Source: Candidatus Thorarchaeota archaeon (GTDB taxonomy: Archaea; Asgardarchaeota; Thorarchaeia; Thorarchaeales; Thorarchaeaceae). From it: a stretch of DNA of 64,000 nucleotides. Positions within the stretch are counted from its first letter, which is position 1; the number at the start of each line of letters is the position of its first letter. Location: contig CP070761.1 of assembly GCA_020348985.1 (NCBI GenBank), positions 2,563,445-2,627,444 on the forward strand, read 5' to 3'. Shown piece by piece: positions 9,478 to 18,358 of the stretch. Position numbers and translations under genes: made by a program. A model generated the notes under the pieces. That model saw only the letters and a program-made list of their open reading frames with translations. It was not told the origin of the DNA and ran no database searches.

Positions 9478-10422
9478 TTCTTCATCACGCTCAGTAAGGG
9501 CAATATCGGCCAAGACCAAACCCACGCCAAGAATAATCACTACAAATCCGAGCATCGTTAACGCCGTGGGAAACTCACCCAGAAACACCATTGCCAGTAG
9601 TGTCGCACCAATAGGTTCTCCTAGTACTGCGGAGGACACAACATACGCGGGAACTATAGTGAGTAAGTAGTTGTTCACCGAGTGACCAAGTGCTGTTGGG
9701 AAGACCGCCAGTGCCAAGAAGATCATTACCTCGTATGGCTCAAAAACGATGAAATCAGGGGCTGCAGGAATCCCTGGCACAAATGGAGCTAGAGTAGATG
9801 AAAAGAAGAACGTGAACACAGCCGCTACAAGATAGATTGAAGATGTATAGACTGTTATGGGAATCCCCTTGGCATAGCGCCGCCCCCCTATGAAGTACAT
9901 CGCGAGAAAGACAGCACCTAGGATGGCAAGGAAATCACCACTGAGTGCCCCAATCCCCTGGGACACCAAATCACTCCATGCAAGCATGAGAGCTCCTGTA
10001 ACTGCTCCTATTATACCAATCCATGATCTGCGTCTCAATGCTTCTCCAATCAGAACTGTGGACATTATAGCTGTGAAAATCGGAGACGTGTTTACTAGAA
10101 CTACGCTAGCCGCCACTGTTGTCAAGTCAAGGGAAATGAACCAAGTTGAGAAGTGGAGTGAGAGGACTATTCCAATCAGAACCAGCCACTTTCTGTTTGC
10201 GCGAAAAGTCTGACTTCTGAAGCCTCCAAGATCCCCGTTTGCTATACCAAGCAATGCCATTACTGCGGAACCATAAAGTGCCCGCCAGAATACTACAACA
10301 ATTGCCGGCGAGTTACTAAGTCGGATGAGGATGCTCCCACTTGAAATCATCGAGACTGATAGGAAGAGGAGCAGAATCACTCGAGTGCTGCCCGTGCTGC
10401 TTCCAAGATTCTTCTGTGTCAT
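9448..10422 (-). CDS. DMT/EamA family transporter
   Basis: ~10 TM helices, LVNTSPIF, GDFLA, LGEPIGA; 3' end overlaps rtcB by 30 nt. Confidence 0.88.
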   Translation of the reverse strand: MTQKNLGSSTGSTRVILLLFLSVSMISSGSILIRLSNSPAIVVVFWRALYGSAVMALLGIANGDLGGFRSQTFRANRKWLVLIGIVLSLHFSTWFISLDLTTVAASVVLVNTSPIFTAIMSTVLIGEALRRRSWIGIIGAVTGALMLAWSDLVSQGIGALSGDFLAILGAVFLAMYFIGGRRYAKGIPITVYTSSIYLVAAVFTFFFSSTLAPFVPGIPAAPDFIVFEPYEVMIFLALAVFPTALGHSVNNYLLTIVPAYVVSSAVLGEPIGATLLAMVFLGEFPTALTMLGFVVIILGVGLVLADIALTERDEESALDDTNRS

Positions 10423-10922
10423 CCTCGGGAAAGCTCCTCGCTTGTTTGTCCACACTTCACGCATTTCAGACGACTTTCCCGAACTTCAGCTACTCCTGAC
10501 AGACATTCATTGCAGTGTCCGACTCTTAAATTCGTAATGTTGATTCCACGGAGAATAGATTCTACCTCGTCCAAGTCGGTGTACTCAAACAGTGCCTTTC
10601 CTGGTGCACCCTTTGCCATGAAGGACAATGGCTTGGATTCCGTCTGCCAGAACATAAGAATCGGTTTGGACAGTTCAAAGGCAAGCATAATCTCCATCCC
10701 GACACCCAGGGAGGGATTAGAGACCTCTGTGATTAGAAGATCGCTCCTACGGACTTCCCTAACATCTCGTTGGAATACTTCGTCAGGTTCGGCTGCAGGG
10801 AGAAACTGCGGTGCAAAGACCTCGACCTCCATTGATCTCAGGATGTCAATGACTAGTTTGTAGAAGTTGTCTTTGCGAAGCTGGCTGTGAATGATAGGGC
10901 CTGATAGATAGGCGAGAACCAT
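10419..10922 (-). CDS. Nucleoside 2-deoxyribosyltransferase/DNPH1-like N-glycosidase with C-terminal Zn ribbon
   Basis: YLSGPI, FQRDV, EVSNPSLGVGMEI; C-terminal CNEC...CVKCG. Confidence 0.75.
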   Translation of the reverse strand: MVLAYLSGPIIHSQLRKDNFYKLVIDILRSMEVEVFAPQFLPAAEPDEVFQRDVREVRRSDLLITEVSNPSLGVGMEIMLAFELSKPILMFWQTESKPLSFMAKGAPGKALFEYTDLDEVESILRGINITNLRVGHCNECLSGVAEVRESRLKCVKCGQTSEELSRG

Positions 10923-10950
10923 GAGAACTAACACAGGTCAGAGTGGTACT

Positions 10951-11310
10951 TTAGTCTGATGCTCCCGATGAACCGTGCTGGAGACCTAATTCAGTCACAG
11001 GTGGTATCGACCCATCATCTGGAATTTCATCGTAATGTCCTGACCGTCCTAGCGAAAGCTGAACCTTTCCTTTCCATTCTTTCGCCCAGCCATCGACTAT
11101 CTTGATGACTTTTCCTGCTGAAAGAGCCGTCCCCTCACCAAATCCCCATAAGGAGAGGATCAGTGTTCCAGTTTCGTCCGCAACTAGGACTTCTCTGAGC
11201 TGAGTCATTCTGCCAGTCTTTGTTCGGATCATTCGAGGCGGTGCTACTTTCATCACTCTAACAACAACATCGGTTACTGGTTTCCCGCCCTGCACCTCGC
11301 TCAGCTTCAA
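10951..11310 (-). CDS. ssb: Single-OB-fold single-stranded DNA-binding protein
   Basis: VADETGTLILSLWG, GKVIKI, AKEWKGKVQLSLG. Confidence 0.8.
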   Translation of the reverse strand: MKLSEVQGGKPVTDVVVRVMKVAPPRMIRTKTGRMTQLREVLVADETGTLILSLWGFGEGTALSAGKVIKIVDGWAKEWKGKVQLSLGRSGHYDEIPDDGSIPPVTELGLQHGSSGASD

Positions 11311-11430
11311 CGTTAACGCCTACATTGAACTAACCTACTACATCCAAATGAAACTTGCGGGAAGAATTCACTGGGCCCCTGTAGGCACTATACTGTTTGT
11401 CCAAAAGGAAACACGAGTCAATACTAGCGG

Positions 11431-13248
11431 CTAGGATTCGTCGTTCTTGGAGCTCTGACTGTCAAGGCGATTGTTCTCTTCAGATACACCATCATCTGTA
11501 GGTACTGTGTCGAGAATTCCCAATGCCCTTTCGAGGTCTGTACGCATCTTATCATCAAGATCTTCCAATGGCTCTACCTCGCCGTCTAGAAGTACAACCT
11601 CCTCGCAAGAGAACGCTTCGAGGGCTGTTTCGAGTTCTTCTTTGGTTGCCTTTTCAATCTCTTCCGATACTAGATCGTCTGCATCAAGAGCCTCCGATAT
11701 CAGTGCGCGTGCCATCATCGATCCGTTTGATTCATCTGCGCTTGTCTCAATTTCGCTTTCTTCGATAAGAATAGGAACTGCCTCCTCAACTTCATCGTCA
11801 GATATAGTGACTACATCAAAGTCATCAGATGCTTCTACGGGGACCATCTCTGGTGCGATTCCTTCAACAACCACATCATCTTCAACAGCATCTTGGACTG
11901 GTATCTCGATTTCACGCTCCTCCAAATCGGCTGAAAGCGCAGCATCAACTTCAATGAAGAATTCCTCAATGGCATCCATTTCTGAGACATCCGAAACAAC
12001 AGGAGATTCTTCCGTCACAGCCGCCATGTGCTCTACAATCTCTTCTGTTACAAGATCCTCATCGAAGTGTTCAATCTCATCCTCAGCACCACCAACTTCA
12101 GGTACATCGGGGATAACAGAGGGTTCTTCAGCCACTACCTCGACAGGTTCCTCGAAAATTCCCTCGGCTTCTTCTGAGTCAGGCTCCACATCGACGTACT
12201 CAATAACTTCTTCAACGATTTCGTACTCATCTGCGTCCTCAATTATCCGACCATCTTCGTCAACGAGGATTTCTTCTACAATCTCAACTGTTTCGTATTC
12301 CTCTTCAACCTCTTCTTCTGAAACAGCAGAGGCTATTACCGCAGCTGCTTCGACAGCTTCTTCTGAGAACTTGAGCAGCTCAGAGGCTGGAAGATCAGGC
12401 AACGCCACTCCGACATACTGCGCAGCAGCTGTCATTAAGATGCGAAGCATCTCATCTCGACGGCCCTTGTCAATTGCAACCATTGGATAGGTCGGAATTC
12501 CTAATATCTTCTGAACCACCTCAGGTTTCATAGCATTTGGTTTGTCTTGCTTGTTAGCTATTGCGAAGACAGGAACCTTGGGTGCATCTCGCTTTATCAG
12601 TTTGAGAATGTCTTTGCTGATTATCACATTCCTTAGGGTTGAATCGCACACGAGAATGATAACATCAGCACCGTGGAAATAAAACCGCCAGAGTGTTCGG
12701 AATCTCTCTTGGCCTGCGAAATCCCACAGAACGAGTGAGTAGTTGCCGAAACGGATGTTCTCGACAGTCTCAAGGTTGAGTGCGATTGTAGGAACGTATT
12801 GAAGGGGAGGTGTGTCACCCAGGAGGAGATGAAGAGTAGTTGTCTTCCCTGTACCGCCCTCGCCAACCAGCGCTATCTTCAGCCTAGTAACCACCGAAGG
12901 CTCGATTATCTCCTCGAATCTCTCAAGCACGCTATTTAGATCGGCTCTTTCAATCTCAATAGTAAGATCGTGGGCTGCTTTCTTGACACGGTCTTGAGTG
13001 CTGAGCTCATCTTCACCCTTGTCTGTGACAAACACAAGAATTGAATCATCATTAACTTCGCTGCCCATGAACTTGTTCTGATCGATCACCAGAGGAATAT
13101 CCTCTAGTGCGTCATGGTTTTCCGCTAGCTCCTCTCTTGTTGAAATGTATTCTTCAATCTCGCTGGCCCCCACCTCAACTGGCCAGTACTGAACAGATGA
13201 GAGAATCTCATTGTCGTCCAGTCGGATAAGGAAGGCATTATGAATCAT
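11431..13248 (-). CDS. Arf-like small GTPase with N-terminal longin-like domain and ~300-aa acidic tail
   Basis: GEGGTGKTT, YVPTI, WDFAGQERFRTLWRFYF, NKQD; E/D/V-rich C-terminal half. Confidence 0.85.
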   Translation of the reverse strand: MIHNAFLIRLDDNEILSSVQYWPVEVGASEIEEYISTREELAENHDALEDIPLVIDQNKFMGSEVNDDSILVFVTDKGEDELSTQDRVKKAAHDLTIEIERADLNSVLERFEEIIEPSVVTRLKIALVGEGGTGKTTTLHLLLGDTPPLQYVPTIALNLETVENIRFGNYSLVLWDFAGQERFRTLWRFYFHGADVIILVCDSTLRNVIISKDILKLIKRDAPKVPVFAIANKQDKPNAMKPEVVQKILGIPTYPMVAIDKGRRDEMLRILMTAAAQYVGVALPDLPASELLKFSEEAVEAAAVIASAVSEEEVEEEYETVEIVEEILVDEDGRIIEDADEYEIVEEVIEYVDVEPDSEEAEGIFEEPVEVVAEEPSVIPDVPEVGGAEDEIEHFDEDLVTEEIVEHMAAVTEESPVVSDVSEMDAIEEFFIEVDAALSADLEEREIEIPVQDAVEDDVVVEGIAPEMVPVEASDDFDVVTISDDEVEEAVPILIEESEIETSADESNGSMMARALISEALDADDLVSEEIEKATKEELETALEAFSCEEVVLLDGEVEPLEDLDDKMRTDLERALGILDTVPTDDGVSEENNRLDSQSSKNDES

Positions 13249-13374
13249 CCTTCAAGGTCACCAGCCAGATTTCACAAGTCAATTGCGAATCAGCAATCCA
13301 TCTGTGTTGAGATATGGATAAATCGATTGACATGTATCTAATAGTTTGTGGTGTATATGTCCTATTGAGCGTCT

Positions 13375-13634
13375 GTTAGACTAGCTCAAATTCGTAAGTA
13401 GGAGCGGGGCTCGCCCAGCCGAAGCTGATAGTGGCGAACCGTATCCGCATCCGTGACACGCTTTCATCGGAGCATGCGAAAGAACTCAGTTCTTTATGCG
13501 CAAGTATTGGAGTGGCAATCTCGGGGAAGATGCCACAGGGGACCAATGCTTGGAAACTCGCTAGGGGGACCGTGCATTGCAGTGCGAGTTTCCATGACGG
13601 GGGGAAATCGCACATCCCGATAAGAGCAGTCAAC
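13375..13634 (-). ncRNA. Candidate structured non-coding RNA (~260 nt), unassigned family
   Basis: 5' GUUGACUGCUC pairs with 3' GAGCUAGUCUAAC; five internal helices; cUUCGg tetraloop on the minus strand; BRE/TATA-like AAGGTTATTAG 27-30 nt upstream; overlapping ORFs look spurious. Confidence 0.6.
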
Positions 13635-13653
13635 ATGAAGAGAGGCATACTGG

Positions 13654-13667
13654 CCTAATAACCTTAC
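13654..13667 (-). promoter_or_regulatory. Putative BRE-TATA promoter for the candidate ncRNA
   Basis: GTAAGGTTATTAGG, similar to other upstream motifs in the window (e.g. AAGGGGTTATAT at ~21181, AAAGGTTTAG at ~22785). Confidence 0.5.
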
Positions 13668-13712
13668 TCCCCTTCACCTAGTGGAACCGCTTGAACACTA
13701 GCCAGGGCAGTT

Positions 13713-14873
13713 TTACCGCGGGAAGTTGTCCCTCAGTAGTCTCAGATGATGGTGGACAAGCTCCATCTGCTTTGCGTCGTCAGGAGTCTTTTCAAGCTCC
13801 ACGATTAAAGTCTGAAGGAAGTATTCGGGGAAGAATAATCGCACACGAATATCGTTAAGCAAGAAGAGCCATTTATCGTACTCGCCAGATGGTCCCTTTC
13901 TTCTCTTTTCGGAGACTACTCTGAATTTCTTTAGCGTCTGAACGGCTGTTTTGAGCTCCTTCGGAGGAATGCCCAGGGTAGCTTCTAGTTCGGATATATT
14001 CACTGGCCTACGTCGGAGGACTACTAGCGTGTCGTAGGCATCGGGATCAGCCAAGATTGAAGCAACTGATACAGTATCCTCAGGTGTCTTTTTCCATTCT
14101 GTGAGGAATTCGAGTACCTCTCGTTTGTACTCAGCGGCGAGTTCCGGATCCAGAACCTGATTTGCAGCCTCCATCGCCATCAGCGGAGGAGCACGGAAGA
14201 CTTCTAGGTCCTTTATCATGAACACACAGGTCCGGCCAATTTCGTCGACCCATTCACTCTTGACAAGTCCGAGTTCCTCAAAGGGTGAGAGGATCGAATC
14301 GACACTGACGCTTGGAAGACCAGTTACCATCTTCAACCATTCTTCTAGCTCTTCTTTGGATATGCCACCCTTCCAGAGCTTCGGAAACACGGCCCTAGAG
14401 ACTTCCTCTGAAAAGAGACGAGCTAAGCGGCTCTCATCAGCCATTCCCGCGAGCCGGATGATCCTCCTGTAGGTGTTATCAAGCTCGCCCTGCAGCTCTG
14501 CATCAGTCATAGAAATTACTGCATTAGTTATGGGTGAGACGACCGATGTTATGGCCGCCTCAAACATCTTGGGGTCTTCGCCTGTTGTAAGAAGCAGTGA
14601 GATGCAATACTGCTCCTCTTCACGAACAATACCAGTATAATATGATGCAACTTGGTATTCCTCTCCCCCAATCCTGACGCTCAGTGATGCAAAACCTGCA
14701 GTGGCGTCTCCCATGGCGTGAGATGTGAAGATCCTCATAATCTCTGTGTTCAAGTCCTCTCGGTATCCATCCGCAAAATTCGCGGGCACCTTAGTCTTGA
14801 GGACTGCTCCGATTTTGCTATCCCAATCTATCAACAAGAGGGCTACGGGCAAGTACAGTATCTCCTTGTCCAT
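13713..14873 (-). CDS. uDENN/longin-like domain protein with winged-helix domains
   Basis: N-terminal LLLIDWDSKIGAVL...YQVASYY...YCISLLL (uDENN/longin-like); wHTH-like PVNISELEATLGIPPKELKTAVQTL. Confidence 0.6.
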   Translation of the reverse strand: MDKEILYLPVALLLIDWDSKIGAVLKTKVPANFADGYREDLNTEIMRIFTSHAMGDATAGFASLSVRIGGEEYQVASYYTGIVREEEQYCISLLLTTGEDPKMFEAAITSVVSPITNAVISMTDAELQGELDNTYRRIIRLAGMADESRLARLFSEEVSRAVFPKLWKGGISKEELEEWLKMVTGLPSVSVDSILSPFEELGLVKSEWVDEIGRTCVFMIKDLEVFRAPPLMAMEAANQVLDPELAAEYKREVLEFLTEWKKTPEDTVSVASILADPDAYDTLVVLRRRPVNISELEATLGIPPKELKTAVQTLKKFRVVSEKRRKGPSGEYDKWLFLLNDIRVRLFFPEYFLQTLIVELEKTPDDAKQMELVHHHLRLLRDNFPR

Positions 14874-14995
14874 CCGCGGCTGAATTGCGCAACTTATCAG
14901 GAAGACACATAATCGAGCATAAAAGGATTGTCACATATCATTCCGCAAAATGAGAATTCTGCCCCTTTTTTCGACCGAAGTGTCAAGATTCCAAA

Positions 14996-15631
14996 TCATT
15001 CGATGACTTGCTTAATTGCTGAGAAAACCTCAAGAACGACAGTTTCCAGCGATTGAGTTGCATCTACGACTATGTATGTGCCATGATCTTGTTTGGACAT
15101 CTCTAAATATGCCAGACGAACACTGATTAGGCGCTCAATCTGCTCGAACTGCTCATTTCTATCGCCTTCGCGACCAAGTGCCCTCTCCAAGCCCACTTCT
15201 GCCGGCAAATCCAGGATGAATATTATGTCGGGCTCGGGAGCGCCGATTTCCTCTCGATTTCGCTCTAGTATCTCCTGCCAAGGAAGTCCTGTGCTTACTG
15301 TCTGGTATGCCCCGGTTGCAAAGAAGTATCGGTCCATCAGTACAACTTTGCCAGCCGCGAGAGCGGGCAGGATTCTATTAGCAACATTCCACTCGCGATC
15401 TCGGATGAACAGCTCCAGTTCTTCAGAAGGCGTTAGCTCGCCCTTAGGCGAACGGGCACGGATTTCTTTCCCCCACTTGCTCTCGTCTGTTGGTTCCCGG
15501 ATTCTGGTCACTTGATGACCATCTTGTGTGAGCATTTCTACTACTCGATTACAGACTGCTGTCTTGCCAGCACCATCCACTCCCTCTAGGACAAACAACC
15601 ATCCGTTGCGTTCAGCGCTCTCATGACTCAT
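14996..15631 (-). CDS. tmk: Thymidylate kinase
   Basis: EGVDGAGKT, REPT, MDRY, PDIIFILD. Confidence 0.93.
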   Translation of the reverse strand: MSHESAERNGWLFVLEGVDGAGKTAVCNRVVEMLTQDGHQVTRIREPTDESKWGKEIRARSPKGELTPSEELELFIRDREWNVANRILPALAAGKVVLMDRYFFATGAYQTVSTGLPWQEILERNREEIGAPEPDIIFILDLPAEVGLERALGREGDRNEQFEQIERLISVRLAYLEMSKQDHGTYIVVDATQSLETVVLEVFSAIKQVIE

Positions 15632-15774
15632 AGAGTGTAATCGCCTGTGTCCTCGACGCGGCGTATTTGTTTTAGATGCTTTGGTCACATTTTCCGAGCA
15701 ACGCGTGCAAAGAGAACGTTTAAAGGGAGCTGTAGGTCAACATATCCTACAATAGGACAACCTATCCTACGAGG

Positions 15775-16311
15775 GTGGCCGAAATGAAGAGGAGATCTTT
15801 GTCCATCTTGCCAATTCTGATTGGTATCTGCCTAACTCTTCCGGCCCCAGGTACGGCTGTGCTAGAGGGGACAAATCATCTTTCTGCAGATGGAATCTCT
15901 TTGACAATCGATTTCGGCAACGAAACATCGATGTCTTTCCTTGATCTAAATGCAACCGACGTCCTAGAATTGATTCAATCTGTGACTGCAGTTGATGTCC
16001 TGTGGTATGGAGATCTGGCGTATGTCACAGGAATAGAAGGGATCTCCAACAGCGCATCTGAAGGCAAATGGTGGCAATACTGGGTGAACGACGAGCTTGC
16101 ATCAGTAGCCGCCAATAAATTCCTGTTGCAAGATGGAGACTCAGTGCTGTGGAGTCGTCAAGACTCGGCCGTGGGTGGGAATGCATCTCCGGATGTAACG
16201 ATGCAAACCGATACGAGCTTGGTTGCTGGAAGCGCCATTGTCGCAGTCGTAGGATTGTTGTTTCTTGGTATTCTATATGTCAAAGGATCTAGGAGTGTAA
16301 TGGCCAATTGA
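15775..16311 (+). CDS. DUF4430 (transcobalamin C-terminal-like) membrane-anchored protein
   Basis: Signal peptide, YVTGIEGI...WWQYWVND...AANKFLLQDGDSVLW, C-terminal TM. Confidence 0.8.
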   Translation: MAEMKRRSLSILPILIGICLTLPAPGTAVLEGTNHLSADGISLTIDFGNETSMSFLDLNATDVLELIQSVTAVDVLWYGDLAYVTGIEGISNSASEGKWWQYWVNDELASVAANKFLLQDGDSVLWSRQDSAVGGNASPDVTMQTDTSLVAGSAIVAVVGLLFLGILYVKGSRSVMAN

Positions 16312-17057
16312 AGGGAAGACTTCTACTGGCAGTGTTGATCTGTCTAGGACTAGTGTGTTCTAATGCATCTGCGGCAATTGATGACTATAGTCCGCTGCTC
16401 ACATCCCCAAATGAGAATGTAATCCTGACGTGGAATGTGATAGAAACCCCGGACGTTCCGTTTTCGCTGTTTTGGGCAGGACAAGGCTTCTGGTTAGCTG
16501 AGGCCGGCAGCGAGATGAGCTTCGAGTTGCTGGAACTGCTTGATGATGATGTCGAAGGTATCCTAACAGTAGGCAACTTGACTGTGACAGCCAATAACTC
16601 GGAGATTGCACAAGACTTTGCGTTGGGGGTATGGGGTCTGACACAGTGGATGCCTGGATTGGTCGTCAAGGTTGGGGATGATAACCGAAACAATCTCAAT
16701 GCTACGGCGTACGCTGCAGCGGCCAGGTTGAGTGGCAACTATCTAAATGGTACAATGAATTCCCGCTATGAGGTTCTCACAGTTGGCGATTCAGCGTACG
16801 ATTGCATAGTCTTTGACTATGTGCAAGATCCACCGCTGTTCGGAGAGGCCCAGCAGACTCATCTTGCCTACGAAATAGAAACAGGAGTCCTTGTCCTCTG
16901 CAACACAAGCTATTCGTTCGGTACACCATACTCGCTTGTACTAGAGGTGTCTTCTCTTCCGAGTGCATCTCCCGATTTGTTGCTTCTTCTTCAGATTGCT
17001 ATCTCAGTCACTGGTGTTGTTATTGTTGTGACAATAATCGTCCTGAGAAGACGGTAA
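16308..17057 (+). CDS. Secreted protein with C-terminal membrane anchor, function unknown
   Basis: Signal peptide; C-terminal TM + RRR; 4-nt overlap with upstream gene. Confidence 0.7.
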   Translation: MKGRLLLAVLICLGLVCSNASAAIDDYSPLLTSPNENVILTWNVIETPDVPFSLFWAGQGFWLAEAGSEMSFELLELLDDDVEGILTVGNLTVTANNSEIAQDFALGVWGLTQWMPGLVVKVGDDNRNNLNATAYAAAARLSGNYLNGTMNSRYEVLTVGDSAYDCIVFDYVQDPPLFGEAQQTHLAYEIETGVLVLCNTSYSFGTPYSLVLEVSSLPSASPDLLLLLQIAISVTGVVIVVTIIVLRRR

Positions 17058-17077
17058 TTGGAGTCGAGGAGATTCTG

Positions 17078-17677
17078 ATGAATCACGAGCGCCGGAGATC
17101 TGCAACTTACGGTGCAAGATGGGTGGCGATTGCATCAATAATGAGTGCGCTGGCCCTTGTAGGCAACTACTCGCTTGTGGCGGTACCCAATGTCGAGTTG
17201 GGGACAACTGTGCTCTTCATCACATCAACGAGCTTTGGACTTCCCATGGGTATTTGGTGCACACTCATTATGTCTGTAATCTTTGGAACTATCAATCCTT
17301 GGGGACCATTTGTGCCGCAGATTTGGATTACGCAGGTGATAGGTTGGGCATATGTGGCGGTAGCTGGCGGGCTTGTACGACGGATAGATAGGCCTGCTGG
17401 AACGACATACAGAGCTTCCCGCGACTTGTTCATCGTTGGGCTATTCGTGACCGCGATGTTTGATTCAATCTCGAACATTGGCTATTCACTGGCATTCTCT
17501 GTACCTTACTCTATCGCAATGATCGCGGGCTTGCCTTTCATGGCTGCACATGTGCTTTCAAACGGTGTGCTCTTTTCACTCGTCATTCCGAGAGTTGAGA
17601 GCATAATAGGAAAGGAGTTTGGACCGGCATTATGGAGTGGTACAGTAGAGAGACTTGAGGTGCTTGGCGAAGAGTAA
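17078..17677 (+). CDS. ECF transporter S component (CbrT-like, probably cobalamin)
   Basis: ~6 TM, PNVELGT, AGLPFMAAHVLSN; adjacent to the DUF4430 gene. Confidence 0.7.
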   Translation: MNHERRRSATYGARWVAIASIMSALALVGNYSLVAVPNVELGTTVLFITSTSFGLPMGIWCTLIMSVIFGTINPWGPFVPQIWITQVIGWAYVAVAGGLVRRIDRPAGTTYRASRDLFIVGLFVTAMFDSISNIGYSLAFSVPYSIAMIAGLPFMAAHVLSNGVLFSLVIPRVESIIGKEFGPALWSGTVERLEVLGEE

Positions 17678-17716
17678 AAAGTGGAACGAAGAAAGAGAAG
17701 ACGGAGTTCGAAGTAG

Positions 17717-18358
17717 TTGGCACCTTGGAGAGATGAATTCATCAAACTAGTGGAGGCAGCGGATGGACGTGTATCCCCCTCCTTTAAACCCCATCATGCT
17801 GCTGTTGCTCTTCTAATGATCGGCCGACAGCAACCCATAGGCAGGTATGAGCTCTGCGAAAACCTATCAATCGGTGAAGGAAGCGCCAGGACTCTTCTCA
17901 AACGCCTCACTGAATCGCAGTATGTTACTGCAGACGGTAAGCAGGGACAACGCCTGACTGAGAAGGGCAGTCGTCTCTTCTTAAGCGTCTCTGAAGACAT
18001 ACCATTGGGTATGTCTTTGAACTTGAGGAGCCTTGTTGTCTACGAGCATGCATATGGAAACAGAGTCGTAGGCCGTGCTGACAAAGTAGCTGATGGGGTA
18101 AGGCAGAGAGATGAGGCAATAATCCAAGGCGGATATGGTGCAGCAGGAGCAACGACGCTTGTGCACAAGGACGGTGTGCTCGTCATTCCACCGGATGACT
18201 TCGAAGCACATCTTGCGAGTATGCGTGAGGCTACTCTGATTCTCGAGAGTCTAAGACCCGAAGACGATGATGTCATCGTGATTGGATCGGCCAATGATGG
18301 GAACCTAGCTAGAGAAGTCTCTATGGCAGCGGTGATGACCCTCTTCGAAGAGGATTGA
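17717..18358 (+). CDS. Archaeal winged-helix protein (DUF4443-like)
   Basis: PIGRYELCENLSIGEGSARTLLKRL; QRDEAI..GAAGATT. Confidence 0.7.
   Translation: MAPWRDEFIKLVEAADGRVSPSFKPHHAAVALLMIGRQQPIGRYELCENLSIGEGSARTLLKRLTESQYVTADGKQGQRLTEKGSRLFLSVSEDIPLGMSLNLRSLVVYEHAYGNRVVGRADKVADGVRQRDEAIIQGGYGAAGATTLVHKDGVLVIPPDDFEAHLASMREATLILESLRPEDDDVIVIGSANDGNLAREVSMAAVMTLFEED

Noticed and set aside
11471-12490. 339-aa Ser-rich plus-strand ORF
   Set aside because: Antisense shadow of the Glu/Asp-rich GTPase tail
13394-13614. Miniature group II intron (minus-strand GUGCG, UACGGUUC, CUCCUACUUAC)
   Set aside because: No properly formed domain V (AGC triad stem, AC bulge, GNRA), far too short, and no interrupted gene
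13375-13634. RNase P or SRP RNA as identity of the structured region
   Set aside because: GGAAACUC and UGAAAG resemble RNase P CR-I and CR-III, but there is no matching P4 3' strand/CR-V and the CR-I-like segment is locked in a perfect hairpin; no SRP helix-8 CAGG..GNRA..AGCA motif on either strand. Needs Infernal to exclude fully.
13376-13658. ORFs of 90 and 75 aa over the structured region
   Set aside because: No recognisable motifs; better explained as by-products of a structured RNA
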